A DNA stretch of 64,000 nt, from the NCBI RefSeq assembly GCF_964355755.1, contig NC_092672.1:15438001-15502000 (forward strand). Direction: 5' to 3'. Each line of letters starts with the position of its first letter. The stretch's first letter is position 1. Origin of the DNA: Antedon mediterranea (Eukaryota; Animalia; Echinodermata). Under the pieces are notes generated by a model. That model did not search any database, was not told the DNA's origin, and worked only from the letters and a program-made list of their open reading frames with translations. The position numbers and the translations under genes are program-made. This document shows, piece after piece, positions 1 to 11,940 of this stretch.

Positions 1-1322
1 GTTTGAACTATGTTGGAATTTCGCACTTTGATGCAAGTTTCTTTGCGTCGCTCATTAATGTCTTAATATTCTTTGCTTTTCTTATCAGAGTATGTACATA
101 CAAAGCTTTAGGATTTCCATTCAAGACTTTGGTTTTCAAGCCATTATACCTGCCTGACATGTTACTAGCTCCATCATACCCCTGACCTCTTAGTTTCTTA
201 AACGTCTCACATAGACATTTTAATAACGCTTAAGCAGTCATAGATTTGACATTTTGGAACTTGAGAAACGATTTGTATGTTTCTCCTTCAAGGGCATACC
301 TAAGAACAAACGAGACTTGCTCAACACGTGCACAGTCGGAAGTTTCATTCATGATTATGCTGTAACAGTCGACCTTAATTATAAGATATATTATATTATA
401 TATGTGCTTCCGTACAGTAGTTGACAGTGCTGCAATGAAGTCGTTCTGTATTATAGGAGAAAAGTATTGCTCATTTCTTTTCGCTTCCTTGACGTGATTT
501 TGCAGTACAGGGTCATATTTCGCTAGTAATTCAACTAATTCAAGAAATTTCCCTCTGTTTAATGATTCTTCGCTTTTGTCATGTCCGCGGAAGGCAGATT
601 TTGCTTTGCCAGAAAAAAAACAATATCTAGCAATCTAGTGAGAATTGCACGGTTTTGCTGAATTTCCTTTTGTTTCTGCAACTTGGCTTGTTCATCTAGT
701 TGTTCAGAAATATTTCCTTTTGCTACAAATACCTTCCAAGCAATGGCAGCTGCAAGATGAGGCTTTGAGTGTTCGTGCTTTGCAATTTTTTCTATTCCCT
801 TCTTCCAGTTGGACACACCATCTGTTGTCCAATTATTTTCTGCACTACTCAATTTGGTTCCTCCAAACACAGATCATGCAAAACAAAACATAGCATCCTT
901 TGCTGGAGAGTATTCTAGCCAATCTCTGATGACCTTTCCTAATGGTAGTTGACGCCATGTATTCTGGAAGGAACGCATTCTATTATGTTGTTTTTTCGTT
1001 TGATAAGTAGGAAGCTTATATTGATGCGGACCCATGTAACACATTTGCAGCTTTGATGTTTCTGTTTCATACCCTAAATTGGTCCAATGTGCAGGATCAT
1101 TAGGTTGAATTTCTGTCCAATTTATTGAACTTTGTACACTTTCTGCTACTTGTACATCAGGCTGTGAAGACTGGGATTCAGCTAGCTTAGACATATCAAT
1201 AGACATGTCTTCAGTTTCAATTGTGTCAGATTCAGAAGATGATGAAAGCTGCATGCTTTCTTGTGTACTCTCACTGCCGAGCTCATGTTCAACATTCACA
1301 GAATATTGCGAAGTTCTAACTT
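1..1322 (-). pseudogene. Degraded hAT-superfamily transposase, ZMYM1-like (TTF-type zinc finger plus DUF4371 region); runs off the window start
   Basis: Minus-strand peptides WLEYSPAKDAMFCF, DGVSNWKKGIEKIAKHEHSKPH, NRAILTRLLDIVFFLAKQNL-RGHDES, NRGNFLELVELLAKYDPVL, YFSPIIQNDFI, RGQGYDGASNMSG are typical of ZMYM1-like hAT transposases. Frameshifts and stops lie between the ORF pieces (874-1338, 559-870). Possible GT-AG intron 1323-1927 and a degenerate CAGTGGCGGATCCAG-like terminus near 2370-2390. Confidence 0.85.
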
Positions 1323-3639
1323 CTGCAACATAAAACAAAAACTGATAACAAGGAAGCGGTATCTTTTCAATAATTATGTTAAATAATGATAAACTTCAAC
1401 TTGGTTATCTTTATTGTATGAATTTAATTGCAAATATATATTAACTTGACAAATATGTACCATAAAATTACGTAGATTTATTGTAGACTATACACAATAA
1501 ATCATGTGCTGAGAATTATAATGTTCTAACTTTAAGTTTAAGGGTATTTCTGAAATAGTAGTTTCATAAGCTTTAAGATATATAATTTATTTAGGTTTTT
1601 AAAACTTATTATAAAATAAATGAATTGTACAAATACTTATATATACATGTACTTTGCATAGGATGATTATAAATTCTATTGTGTTAGTAGTAATTCAAAT
1701 GCCTACTTCCTATTTCATATAGACCTAATTTAATTTATTTAAACACAAATGTGAACATTACCCCGACAAGCACTTAATTTTATAGTATAACAACAACTAC
1801 GCTAATAACAGTAATATTTGGTCGCAAAACCAGTTGTTAACAACCAAAAAATAATATAATTTTATTTAATACTTATTCCACAACCAGATGAAATTCTTCC
1901 AAAACCAGTTGGTTAATTTTATTTTACCTTCTGTAGCTGCATGTATCTACTGTTGTAATGACTCCTGGAAGTATTGCTGGCTCGGCCAGTTGGCGGGGGT
2001 TAGGGGGCGAAGCATTCGCACTAGCTGCCGATGGCGCAGTTGAGGTTGAACCTTTTGGGTGATTTCTAGCTGCTAATTCGAACGGACGAATTTGCTACCT
2101 TACATTCGATAAATTTCTTTCTCTTGATTCATATGGTACGTTTGGTTATGTTTAGTACAATAATCAATTTTACAGACCGTGGCAAAATGGTTTGAAAGTT
2201 GTGTTTAGGTGTAATTTTATTTAAATTTTAATTTCATGATGGCTATCAACAATTTTTCTGCAGTTTATTCTTATTTACCTAACTTATTTTTTTTTCTGGC
2301 ACCCTTGTTTTGCCGATGGACCGTGATGTGCCGACAGACTCCAAATCAGGGGGGCCCGGCCTCCCGGCTCCCCCACTGGATTAGATGACTATTCAACATA
2401 TTACTTTATTAATACAAAAATATATTTAGTATTTTATGTAAAAAAAAAAATTTTACATTGTGTTCAACTGCACCGTAGTTTAGTTGTTATTCAATTGTAT
2501 TATTCACTTCTTTTGTATAGATAATTTACATACTGTACTGTAATAAACTGGTTTATGCATAAGTGCATATTGAATCTTTACTCATCAGATTTCCGCTTGT
2601 ATTATGGATATGCTTTAAGTATACATAAATCAATGAAAAAGCACTTGCCTCTTAATTACATCATTATCAGCATTATGAGTATTGATAAAGTACTTACCTG
2701 TTTGTTCAGAAGGACTATTTAAAAGTATTATATATATATCATTAAATACACATAGCTTAGGCAATTTTGAGCAAATTTAAAAATGCAAAAGGCAAAAATG
2801 TTTTGCTCAATTATACTCTAATACTGTAAGAAGAAGTTCCATAAGTGAAAGTTAGAAAGTTTGATTTTTTATTTGATACTTGCACCATATGAAATAAATA
2901 TAAATATATTTTTTTCTATACACCATCAGAAAACAGAAATTGTTGTTCTTCAGACAAACCACCAAACATTCTTACTACCACAAATCAAGACATTCACCTG
3001 AACAACAGGAGACTGCAAGAATATACAACTAAGTCACTGTTCTCCAGTCGGAATTAATATTAAGATACTTTGGAAGCTTTCACAAAATATGAAAATTTAC
3101 CCGACGACTATGAAATGCAGTATTATACCCAAACATGAGGACGGAAAATAACAAATTATTATATTATTATAAAAATAATATTAATCAATAACATCTATTA
3201 TTTTAATATATTTGCAAAACAAGAATAAAGATACAGATGTATATTAAAAGTTGATATATTTCTGAGATTCTGTTTTTTTTTCATTTGTGACTGCATATTT
3301 CAAACATTAATTTTACAGTGAGCACTAATATTATTTGCGATGACTGCAAATTTTCAATGAAAACAAAATAGACACTAATAGACACAATAGAAATATAAAT
3401 AAGAATACAGTATGCCTATAAAAGTTATTTTCTAATATAAATGCTGTATATGTCCCAATCTGGGTACTGTCATCCATTTATAGATTTGTGTATACTGCAT
3501 TGTACTATATCACAATACTATCTTTTTGATTCCCAAAACCTCAAAATCATTATAATATGATGCAATGGTTAGTGTTAACACTTTCCAATATTCTAGGTTT
3601 ATTTGTGTTGCTATTAATATATGTTAAAGTTCTATTTAG

Positions 3640-3896
3640 TTGTTAGCCGAAACCGTTTTCGGCTAACAATGTTGTTTATATATTGTCACTCGACGTGTGC
3701 GATGTGTAAATATTCGACACGCGTGCGATGTGTAAAAACTCGACACAAGCGATGTGTGACCGTTTCTACATTATCTGGTGTTGATTTTTATTTACTACAT
3801 AAGCTGTTGGTGTTTCTACATTAGCTGGAGGTTTTACTACATTAGCTGTGGATTTTTCTACATTAATGGCACTCGCGGAGTGCCATTTTTCTAGTT
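3640..3896 (+). mobile_element. Small non-autonomous Helitron/Helentron-like element
   Basis: 5' hairpin TTGTTAGCCGAAA-ccgt-TTTCGGCTAACAA (3640-3669), internal short tandem repeats (gcgatgtgt; ctacattagctg), and 3' hairpin AATGGCACTC-gcg-GAGTGCCATT (3865-3887) followed by CTAGTT (3891-3896). Confidence 0.6.
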
Positions 3897-5899
3897 GTTT
3901 ATACTTTTAAAATAAAACCACATTTGATTACAGTAATATCATTTTTGGTTGAAATATGGGTATTATAGTTTTTTTTCCTACTTTATGAGAGTGGAAATGT
4001 CATGCAGTTTTAAATTATGTAAATTGTAAGATTCTTTTAAAAATATGTTTTAGGGTATGTTCAGATCTAGGGAGTTGTAACTTTGCATTGCAAGCAATGT
4101 CATTATAATTGGCGTAACAGCAAAGTAACTTGCTTAACTAACGCTTTCGTTAGAAACTGTAGTGTCACCAATTTGGGCGAACATCAGGTAGGTATGCAGG
4201 ACTAATAATCTTGTACCTTGAGCTGTTGTAACTAATGAAAGATCAGAGAGGTGGCTTCCATTAATCTTTTCCTGGTTCAAACCTATGAAGTTGTACACCG
4301 CCCTTAGACTTGAATATATCAAACATCATGGTCATATAATTATACTTGAATATAAATTATATGATGAATATTTTGCTAAAGGCTTTTAAAGCTGTTATGT
4401 TGGGCCCTGCTTATCAAGAGATTTCCGTGCATTAAATCTAATGCGATTTACTTGATCAAACTCAACTAAACGGAAATTGAAAGTAATTAATGATATCATT
4501 CAATATTTTTTCAAGTTGATCAACTGGATTGATATATTTGATGTTATTTCTGTTTGTCCTACCACAAATTATAAGTTAATAGCCTAAATATTTATAATGG
4601 ATGAATGTCACTGTACAATATGCCAACTATATGCACAACTACAATATATCATTTTAAATAAATAAATCAATAGTATAAAATCAATAGTATAAAATCAATG
4701 AAAATATTGAACATATATGGTTTAATGCAGTATTCATTTTTATTACCTCATTCATTTTAAATCAAATTAAAACTACATATTTATATGAAAATAAAGTAAA
4801 TTAAATGGATAATAGGAACTAGAAAATAGCTAGTCATTTAAGTCTCTAAACACAATATAAACTTAAACAATAAAATGTAATTGGTGATTTGGTGTATCAA
4901 AATAAAACTTTAAATTTTTAGATTAGAAATAAATTTGTGATGTGAGCTCTCTAACATGCCTAATACATTTCTTTTTTATCCTTTAACGCGGTCATCTCTG
5001 TTTCTTTATTTTAAAATAATATGCTTAAGCTATATTCCCCACAATTGTTGACGTTTTGTAATTATAATGAAGATACAAGCTACTAATATATAAAATTTTA
5101 AAAAAAAGAGTCATGTTTACATGCATTCTAAGCATTTATTGTATAACATGGGTTCATGGATGTAGCCAATAAGACGGGCTGAAATGAGTCACTATCATGC
5201 ACTGGAGTGCAAAAAGTGCACAGCAAAAAATCAGCATTGTGTAAATCGTATGGCAGATTACCGATCACGTTTGACGCTGCACGATTTATGAGTTGTCTGC
5301 ACTGTGGCCCCATTGAAAAAAACAAAACAAAACAAACACACAATACTTGTACATTTTGTCATTTCTGGTACATGACTGTTTAGCTGGGCTTAAGTTTGTC
5401 GGTGATGTGGTCACTGAGCAGTGTGGTGCTTGCTGCAGTAGGCCTAGCTTCTAGGGTCTAATTCATACACCCATGTTATAAAACAAATACACAAGTCTAA
5501 GTTTACACTGTTGTAAATACCCTCGACTAGCAAAAGCAACAGATCACTTAAAAAATATGTAACCTTAACTTTAACATTTTTGACCATAGTAGCCATACAA
5601 AATGAGTAATGGTTTAATATGAAGGGTTAAGCCAATACCTATACAAATATGTAATATAATATGGGTAAAAATGTTCATAATTGACATTGTGGTACTTGTG
5701 GTCACTATAAGATGATGAGTCAGTGTGGTGTAAAAGGGATGCCTACATTATAGCAATACATCACATTAATACTGTATATAAAATACATTTTTAAAAAGAA
5801 AATTAGTAGCTAGTAGTTCTTTTGTATTTTCTCTTCAAGAATTTCAACCATTTAGTCAATCAATTGCTTTGTTGCTGAAACGTGTCGTCGATTTTTCCC

Positions 5900-8567
5900 T
5901 CATAGTGATGGCTTCATTTATATACAAACGTTTCTCAAGATTATCAAAGTTAAGGCTGTGCAAGGCTTCACTACTAGAATCACTTCTGCTCTTCTTAGTT
6001 ATTATTTTGGCAGCTCTGTTTTGCATAACTTGGAAGTTTGTGACTTTGTAGTTGGTTTGAGTGTCCCCAGACAACATGGCAGTATTCAAAATAGGGAGCA
6101 ATTAACGATTTGTACATTGTACATTGAGTATTTTTGGTAAAATAGAATTTGCTTTTTGAGGTAGTAAAGTCCTTGCAGTGCCTTACCTTTTACATAGTCA
6201 GTATGTTTATTCCAAGAAAGATTATCATCAATCACACCAAGGTGTTTACAATGTTTGACACGATTTAGCTTTTGACCATCAATATTTACATTTAAATCAT
6301 TAATTTTTTAAGTTTTTTGTGAAGTACTTATAATCATATATTCAGTTTTCTGTACATTTAAACTAAGTTTATTTTTAATGAGCCAGTTTTTAATACTATT
6401 GAAGTCAACATTTAGAGCTTCAATTACTTCATTTAAATATCGTCAGATGAGTAATGAATAGCTGTATCATCTGCATACATGGAAACGTTACTATTTTGTA
6501 TATTTTGAGGCAGATCATTAATATAAAGTAGGAATAGTAATGGGCCTAGAATAGACCCCTGTGGAATCCCACAGGTACTTTTACATGTGCTTGACGAGAC
6601 ACCATTTACACTTGTAATATGATTTCTATCTAGCAGGTAGTGTTTTTTCCAGTTTATTACATTATCTTGGAGATTTAATGATTTTAGTTTTTTAAGTAGG
6701 AGCTCATGGTTTACAGTGTCAAATGCTTTTTTTTAAATCAATCATTGCAATGCCTATATACTTTCCTTTATCAATGGATTCAAGCCACTCTTCAGTTAAA
6801 TTAAGGAGAGCAAAAGTGGTTGAGTATCCTGGTCTAAGACCTGCCTGATGTTCATATATCATATATCATTAGGAATGTAGATAGGAATACATTTGGTCAA
6901 AGACTACTCTTTCAAGAATTTTAGAGAGAACAGGCAGAACCGAAATAGGTCTGTAGTTGCTTCTTTCAGTTTTATCACTACCTTTATATATGGGACAGAT
7001 TTTAGCACTTTTCCATTTGGCAGGGAATGTTGATGTTGAGAGGGATAAATTTATTAAGTAGTGGATACACAATAGAATCTTTTGCTACATTTATAAGGTA
7101 GGCTGGAAGCATATCATTTCCAGTCGCCTTTTTAATTGAGATAGAAGTTAATAGTTTATATACATATTCACAGTCAATATTTTCAAAGTTTAATTTTTCT
7201 GGATTTTCAACATTTGTGTTTTGTACAAAATCATCATTATTTACATTAGCAATTGTTTTAGCAAGGTTTGGACCCACATTTGAAAAATACTTATTTAAGC
7301 ATTAGCTATATCACTAGAATTAGACTGTGTACCACTCTCACTTTTGAGATTTGTTATATCAGTATTTTTACTTTTGCCAGGAACAATGAGTCTTACTTAT
7401 GTTTTCCCAGATCTTTTTGGGGTTTTTAGTATTAAGTTGATCTGAGAAGTAATCCTGTTTGCATTGTTTAATTTTTGAATTAACTTCATTTCTTTTTGCT
7501 CGATATTCATCCCATAAGGGTGCATTGTTCTTCTTTATGGCTTTCCGTTTTAATGCGTCTCTTTCTTGCATACTTTTTAGCAAATCCTTTGTTAACCAAG
7601 GGCTTTGATTATGCCTGACTCTTCTTTTTCTTAGGGGTGCATGTTTATTAGCCACTTTTATAAACTTATTTTAAAAATCTTCAAGGGCCTTATCAATGTT
7701 ATCATGTTTTGAGATTTCCATCCAATTTACATTTAGCAGATCTAGTTTGAAATTAGTTTCGTCAATGTTTTTGTAATTTCTATTTGTTTTATACCTGTGG
7801 TTATTAACACTTTTTTTTTGTTTACCAATTACAGCATAAATAATAGAATGGTCACTTATACCACTATGCAATACACCAGCATTGCTTACTTTTTCTGTAT
7901 TAGAGACATATATGTGATCTATCAAAGTGGATGTACTGCTTGTAATTCGTGTAGGTTCAGTAATTATCATTTTTAAATGGTGATTTGTAGTTATCTCATT
8001 TAATCTATTTGTGTAACATAGATTGCTTGCGTTACTATCACAATTCAAATCACCAATTACAATTAGTTCTTTGTTTGTGTATGTACTTTCTATATCATTA
8101 AGAACATTTTCAAATGTTTCAAATAAATTTATACTTGAATTAGGCGGGCGATACCAGGCTAACAAGATTATTGGCTTTATTTTTGGTTGTGTAATTTCAA
8201 TAGCAAATAATTCTAGTTCAGATTTCATTAAATTTTCTTTAAGTTTATATGTGAAGCCACCATTTTTATTAACATATAATGCAACACCACCACCTTCACG
8301 ATTACGGTCCTTCCTAAAGATATCATACCCATTGATTGCAATGTCATAATTATTAATTTGATTATTAAGTCGTGTTTCATTTAGTAAAAAAATATAAATT
8401 TTGTTGTTTTCTAAAAAAAATTTCAATTCATCGAACTTACCAGGGAGAGTTGCAATGTTTAGACCTGCTATGTTTAAACCTTTATCATTAAATATTTTAC
8501 ATTTTTCGGTGAATATGTCACCTTCATCAAGGCGCGTTTCCACATCAGAGAGTTTATTATTGTCCAT
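5900..8567 (-). mobile_element. CR1/L2-group LINE ORF2 remnant (APE endonuclease plus reverse transcriptase), frameshifted
   Basis: APE motifs LNETRL, RKDRNREGGGVALY, YRPP, IGDLN, LIDHIY, SDH in ORF 7671-8567. RT motifs NYRPISVLPVLSKILERVV, QGSILGPLLFLLYINDL, MYADDT. C-terminal QNRAAKII. Split over many frames. Confidence 0.92.
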
Positions 8568-9577
8568 ATTATTGTTATAATAATGTTACCAGAATGTTTC
8601 AAGAAAAATTGATGTTTAGATATTATTTTGTTACCAGATTGTTCCATTTACTCTTGAATATTAAGTGTTGCAATTCCATACTCATGGACATGTTTTATTA
8701 CATTCAGATGGATACTCAATTTGCGTTTTTCATATTAAATACAGTGAACATTACTTTAGAAATTAATACGAAGTATTAAAAGACTTTTTGAATGATTTAG
8801 TGATGCAAAATCAAAAAGATCATTTTACTGAAAAACAATATAAGTTGGATGGAGTGTAAAATTTAGAATTGAAAAAAATTGAAAACAGGTCTTTAGGCCT
8901 ATCCTATCTAGGCTTTGTTTTGTAGTCCTAGCTGGTAAACTCTTATTTATTTATTTATTTATTCTTTATTCTTTCTTTATGCGCAAAAAAACAAAAAAAT
9001 ATGCCTAAAGAAAATAAAATGTTGTTAGTGTGCCCCCTGTTTTTTGTGTCTATATACCGTATACACTGTATACATACTATACATGCAGTGTAGCATAGGT
9101 GAATTGTCTAATTCAACGTGTTCGTATGGTGTTATTAAAAGTGGAAAAGGTATAATTTGTTTTAAAAATTACTAGGAAAGGCGCACCTTACGCGTTAATA
9201 ATTTCGCGCGCATGGGAATTTTTATATGCGCAAAATTTCAAGCGTGTAAAAAGTTGATTAGAAATTAATTTTGCGCATTTTCAAATTTTAAATGTGCATG
9301 CGCACGTAACTTCTTGTGAAACATGCAATTTTTAATTCATAGAAAGTTTGCCCTTGATATGACTTAAATTTTCACCAAGTGTCAATACAAAATGACTTTA
9401 ATCTATGATCAATCATTGAAATTCATAAAATTGCGCGCAAGTCATATTGCGCAACTCCAAGATCTTTCAAAAATAGGAGGTGTACAACTTCACGTCCACA
9501 TGTTGTCAAAGTTATGAAATGTTATGTTTACACGTTTTAGATAAAAGCGTTTCACAAAAAAGGAAGAAAGAAAGAAG

Positions 9578-10365
9578 AACTAGATATGAACTCGTCACTT
9601 TGATGAGTTAGTTATCCAGTATACACAGTATATAGTGTATACACACTACACTATACAGTGTAGAATAGATGAAATTACGGGACCCTCCTTTTATTCCAAT
9701 GTTTAGTATGATGATGACGTTATCAAATTGAAACACGATGATAGCAATTTCAGAAGAAGTCTGATCAACAACATATGAACATGTTGAAGAGACTCAAATA
9801 CAAATATTAATGTAGATGTGCGCTCTTTTAAATGTGATGAACTATAACGCAAAAGATGTCATACTGGCCATATGATGATGTCACAACATCAAATTGGCAA
9901 AATTTTGAGATGATGACCTCATACAAATTAAATTTCTTCAAAATGAATGAAATCTACTACAGAAGGTATGAAAAACCAAAATCAATTGCAAAAACCATTT
10001 TTCGACACTTTGTACGAACGGCGCAAAACACAAAAAAAAAATGACCTAAAATGTACGCGAAAGTAATTAGAAATTAATTTTGCGCAATTTGAAATTTCAA
10101 ATACGCTTAATCACATAATTTTTTGCGTAGCATGCTCTTTTTATCATGTCATAACTTATGCTGGACGACTCTAACATCATATAATAAAGTTTCCTGTACA
10201 TCTACACTTCAAAGCTAATCTTTTGACCAAGTTATACAAAATTAGGTTCACAAGCAATAGGGGATATGCTGCGCGCACAAAAATCCTTGAAAGAAGATTA
10301 AATATGGAAAAAAAAGATATTGCAATCACAAGGGTTATACGCAACAAAAGTTGCGGATAACCAAA
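9578..10365 (-). mobile_element. Helentron-associated non-autonomous element (HINE/DINE-1-like), nested in a related older copy (~9040-10428)
   Basis: One end carries the inverted subterminal repeat GGTTATACGCAAC-aaaa-GTTGCGGATAACC (10333-10362). The other carries GGATAAC, the stem-loop AACTCGTCA-ctt-TGATGAGTT (9589-9609) and CTAGTT. A second related end lies at 10380-10428. Homologous to 56150-57621. Confidence 0.7.
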
Positions 10366-11614
10366 AAAAAGTTAATGATGATCTTATACAATCACAAGGA
10401 GCTATCCGCCAAGGTACGGATAACTAATCATAAACTAAACTACAGTATAGGTCTACATATTCCAGGGTAAGAGCATGGACCTATCTAATTTATAGGTCCA
10501 TGGTAGGAGCATTACTCCTTAATTTGACCCGGCCCACATATGATAGGCCTACTACCTAGCTAGGGATAACGATGTTAAAAGTTAATAGTGTCAAGTTAAC
10601 CAATCAAAAGGCGAGAATCCAAAATCGTTCAACCGTGAGCCCTCATAGACTCTATTTTTCTATTTTCCAGCAGCTTGGACCTATAAATTAGTTGAGTTTA
10701 CAAAATACCAAAAATGTCAGCCGTAGATAATAAGCTTTCCGCTTGATATAACTGCTGAATGAGGATATAGCTGGCTAAAACCGCGGCGCAAAACGCAGAA
10801 AACACCCCTTTTTAATAAATGGTATCTCCCAGTATTAAATAAAAAAACTGATTGAATATGGGTGGTCATGGTTTTTACACACAAGATATAATATATTCTA
10901 AATATTGTTTTTCAATATTTGCCCTGAAATTGATTATGAATGTTATGTTTAAATATATGTATATATTCAAACATTGGTGTTGTAAATATGCAAGCTAGGT
11001 GACTTTTTAAATATACTGATGCAAAAGCACGCGCTTCTCCATGAAAAATTCATTTCTGTGCCAGATGAAGAATAAATACATATGTATTCTTGATACTCTA
11101 AAGCTTATGAAAGGAATTGTTTCTTGATAATAATATCAAACATTTATGTGTGTTCAGGAGGTATGTTATTTTATTCAAATGTTACTTTCAGAGAAAATAA
11201 TGAATAATTAACAAACTTTTCACCTAAACTAACAATTTTAAATCAACTTATTTAATAGTTCATTAAAATACTGTACCATACGTAGCTAACTTACATGTTA
11301 AAGAATAAAAATGCCAAAGATGTTATTGTTATTATCTCACTTTTGACACTATGAACCTTCTTAAACCACCAAATAAAATAAATAAAATAAATTTATACCG
11401 TAATATGTGTACCCTGTTCTGCTGCCAATAAAAATACCTTGTTGGCATAGCCCACTACAGTATTTACAGAGTCCGCTATTCAGCCGCGTGTTCATCGAAG
11501 CGTGAAGACTATTAGATCATTGTACAGGGGCATTTTAAACAATAATATAACAAAGTTTCCTTTTATTAACACTGTTTAATTATTTCATAAATAACGCATA
11601 TATATATAAATTTT

Positions 11615-11940
11615 CACAAGGGCAAAATTTGATAAATTAGATTTAGAACGATAAAAACTAGAATGTTTACTTGATGGTATATAAAGTTGGTTCATATACT
11701 TTTGGTACTGATTTTAATAACCCTGTTTACTATTAATTAAATTTTTAAATTTACGTTCAATAATTTGCCCCAATTTGCCGACTGTACACTGTATGGATGT
11801 CCATCTTTAAAATACCTGCACACAATAATACAAGGATGCTTCGCATTTACCTATCTTCTTCTACGATAATTGTTTTTAATAGCTGAAAACCGTTTGAACA
11901 GCTCGAGTACAGCATTATAATGTTGAAGACAGGCCAATTT
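11615..11940. repeat. Unclassified interspersed repeat fragment; inverted copy at ~35050-35370
   Basis: TTAATAGCTGAAAACCGTTTGAACAGCTCGAGTACAGCATTATAATGTTGAAGAC at ~11877 is a near reverse complement of ~35060-35115, and similarity continues over ~300 bp. Confidence 0.6.
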
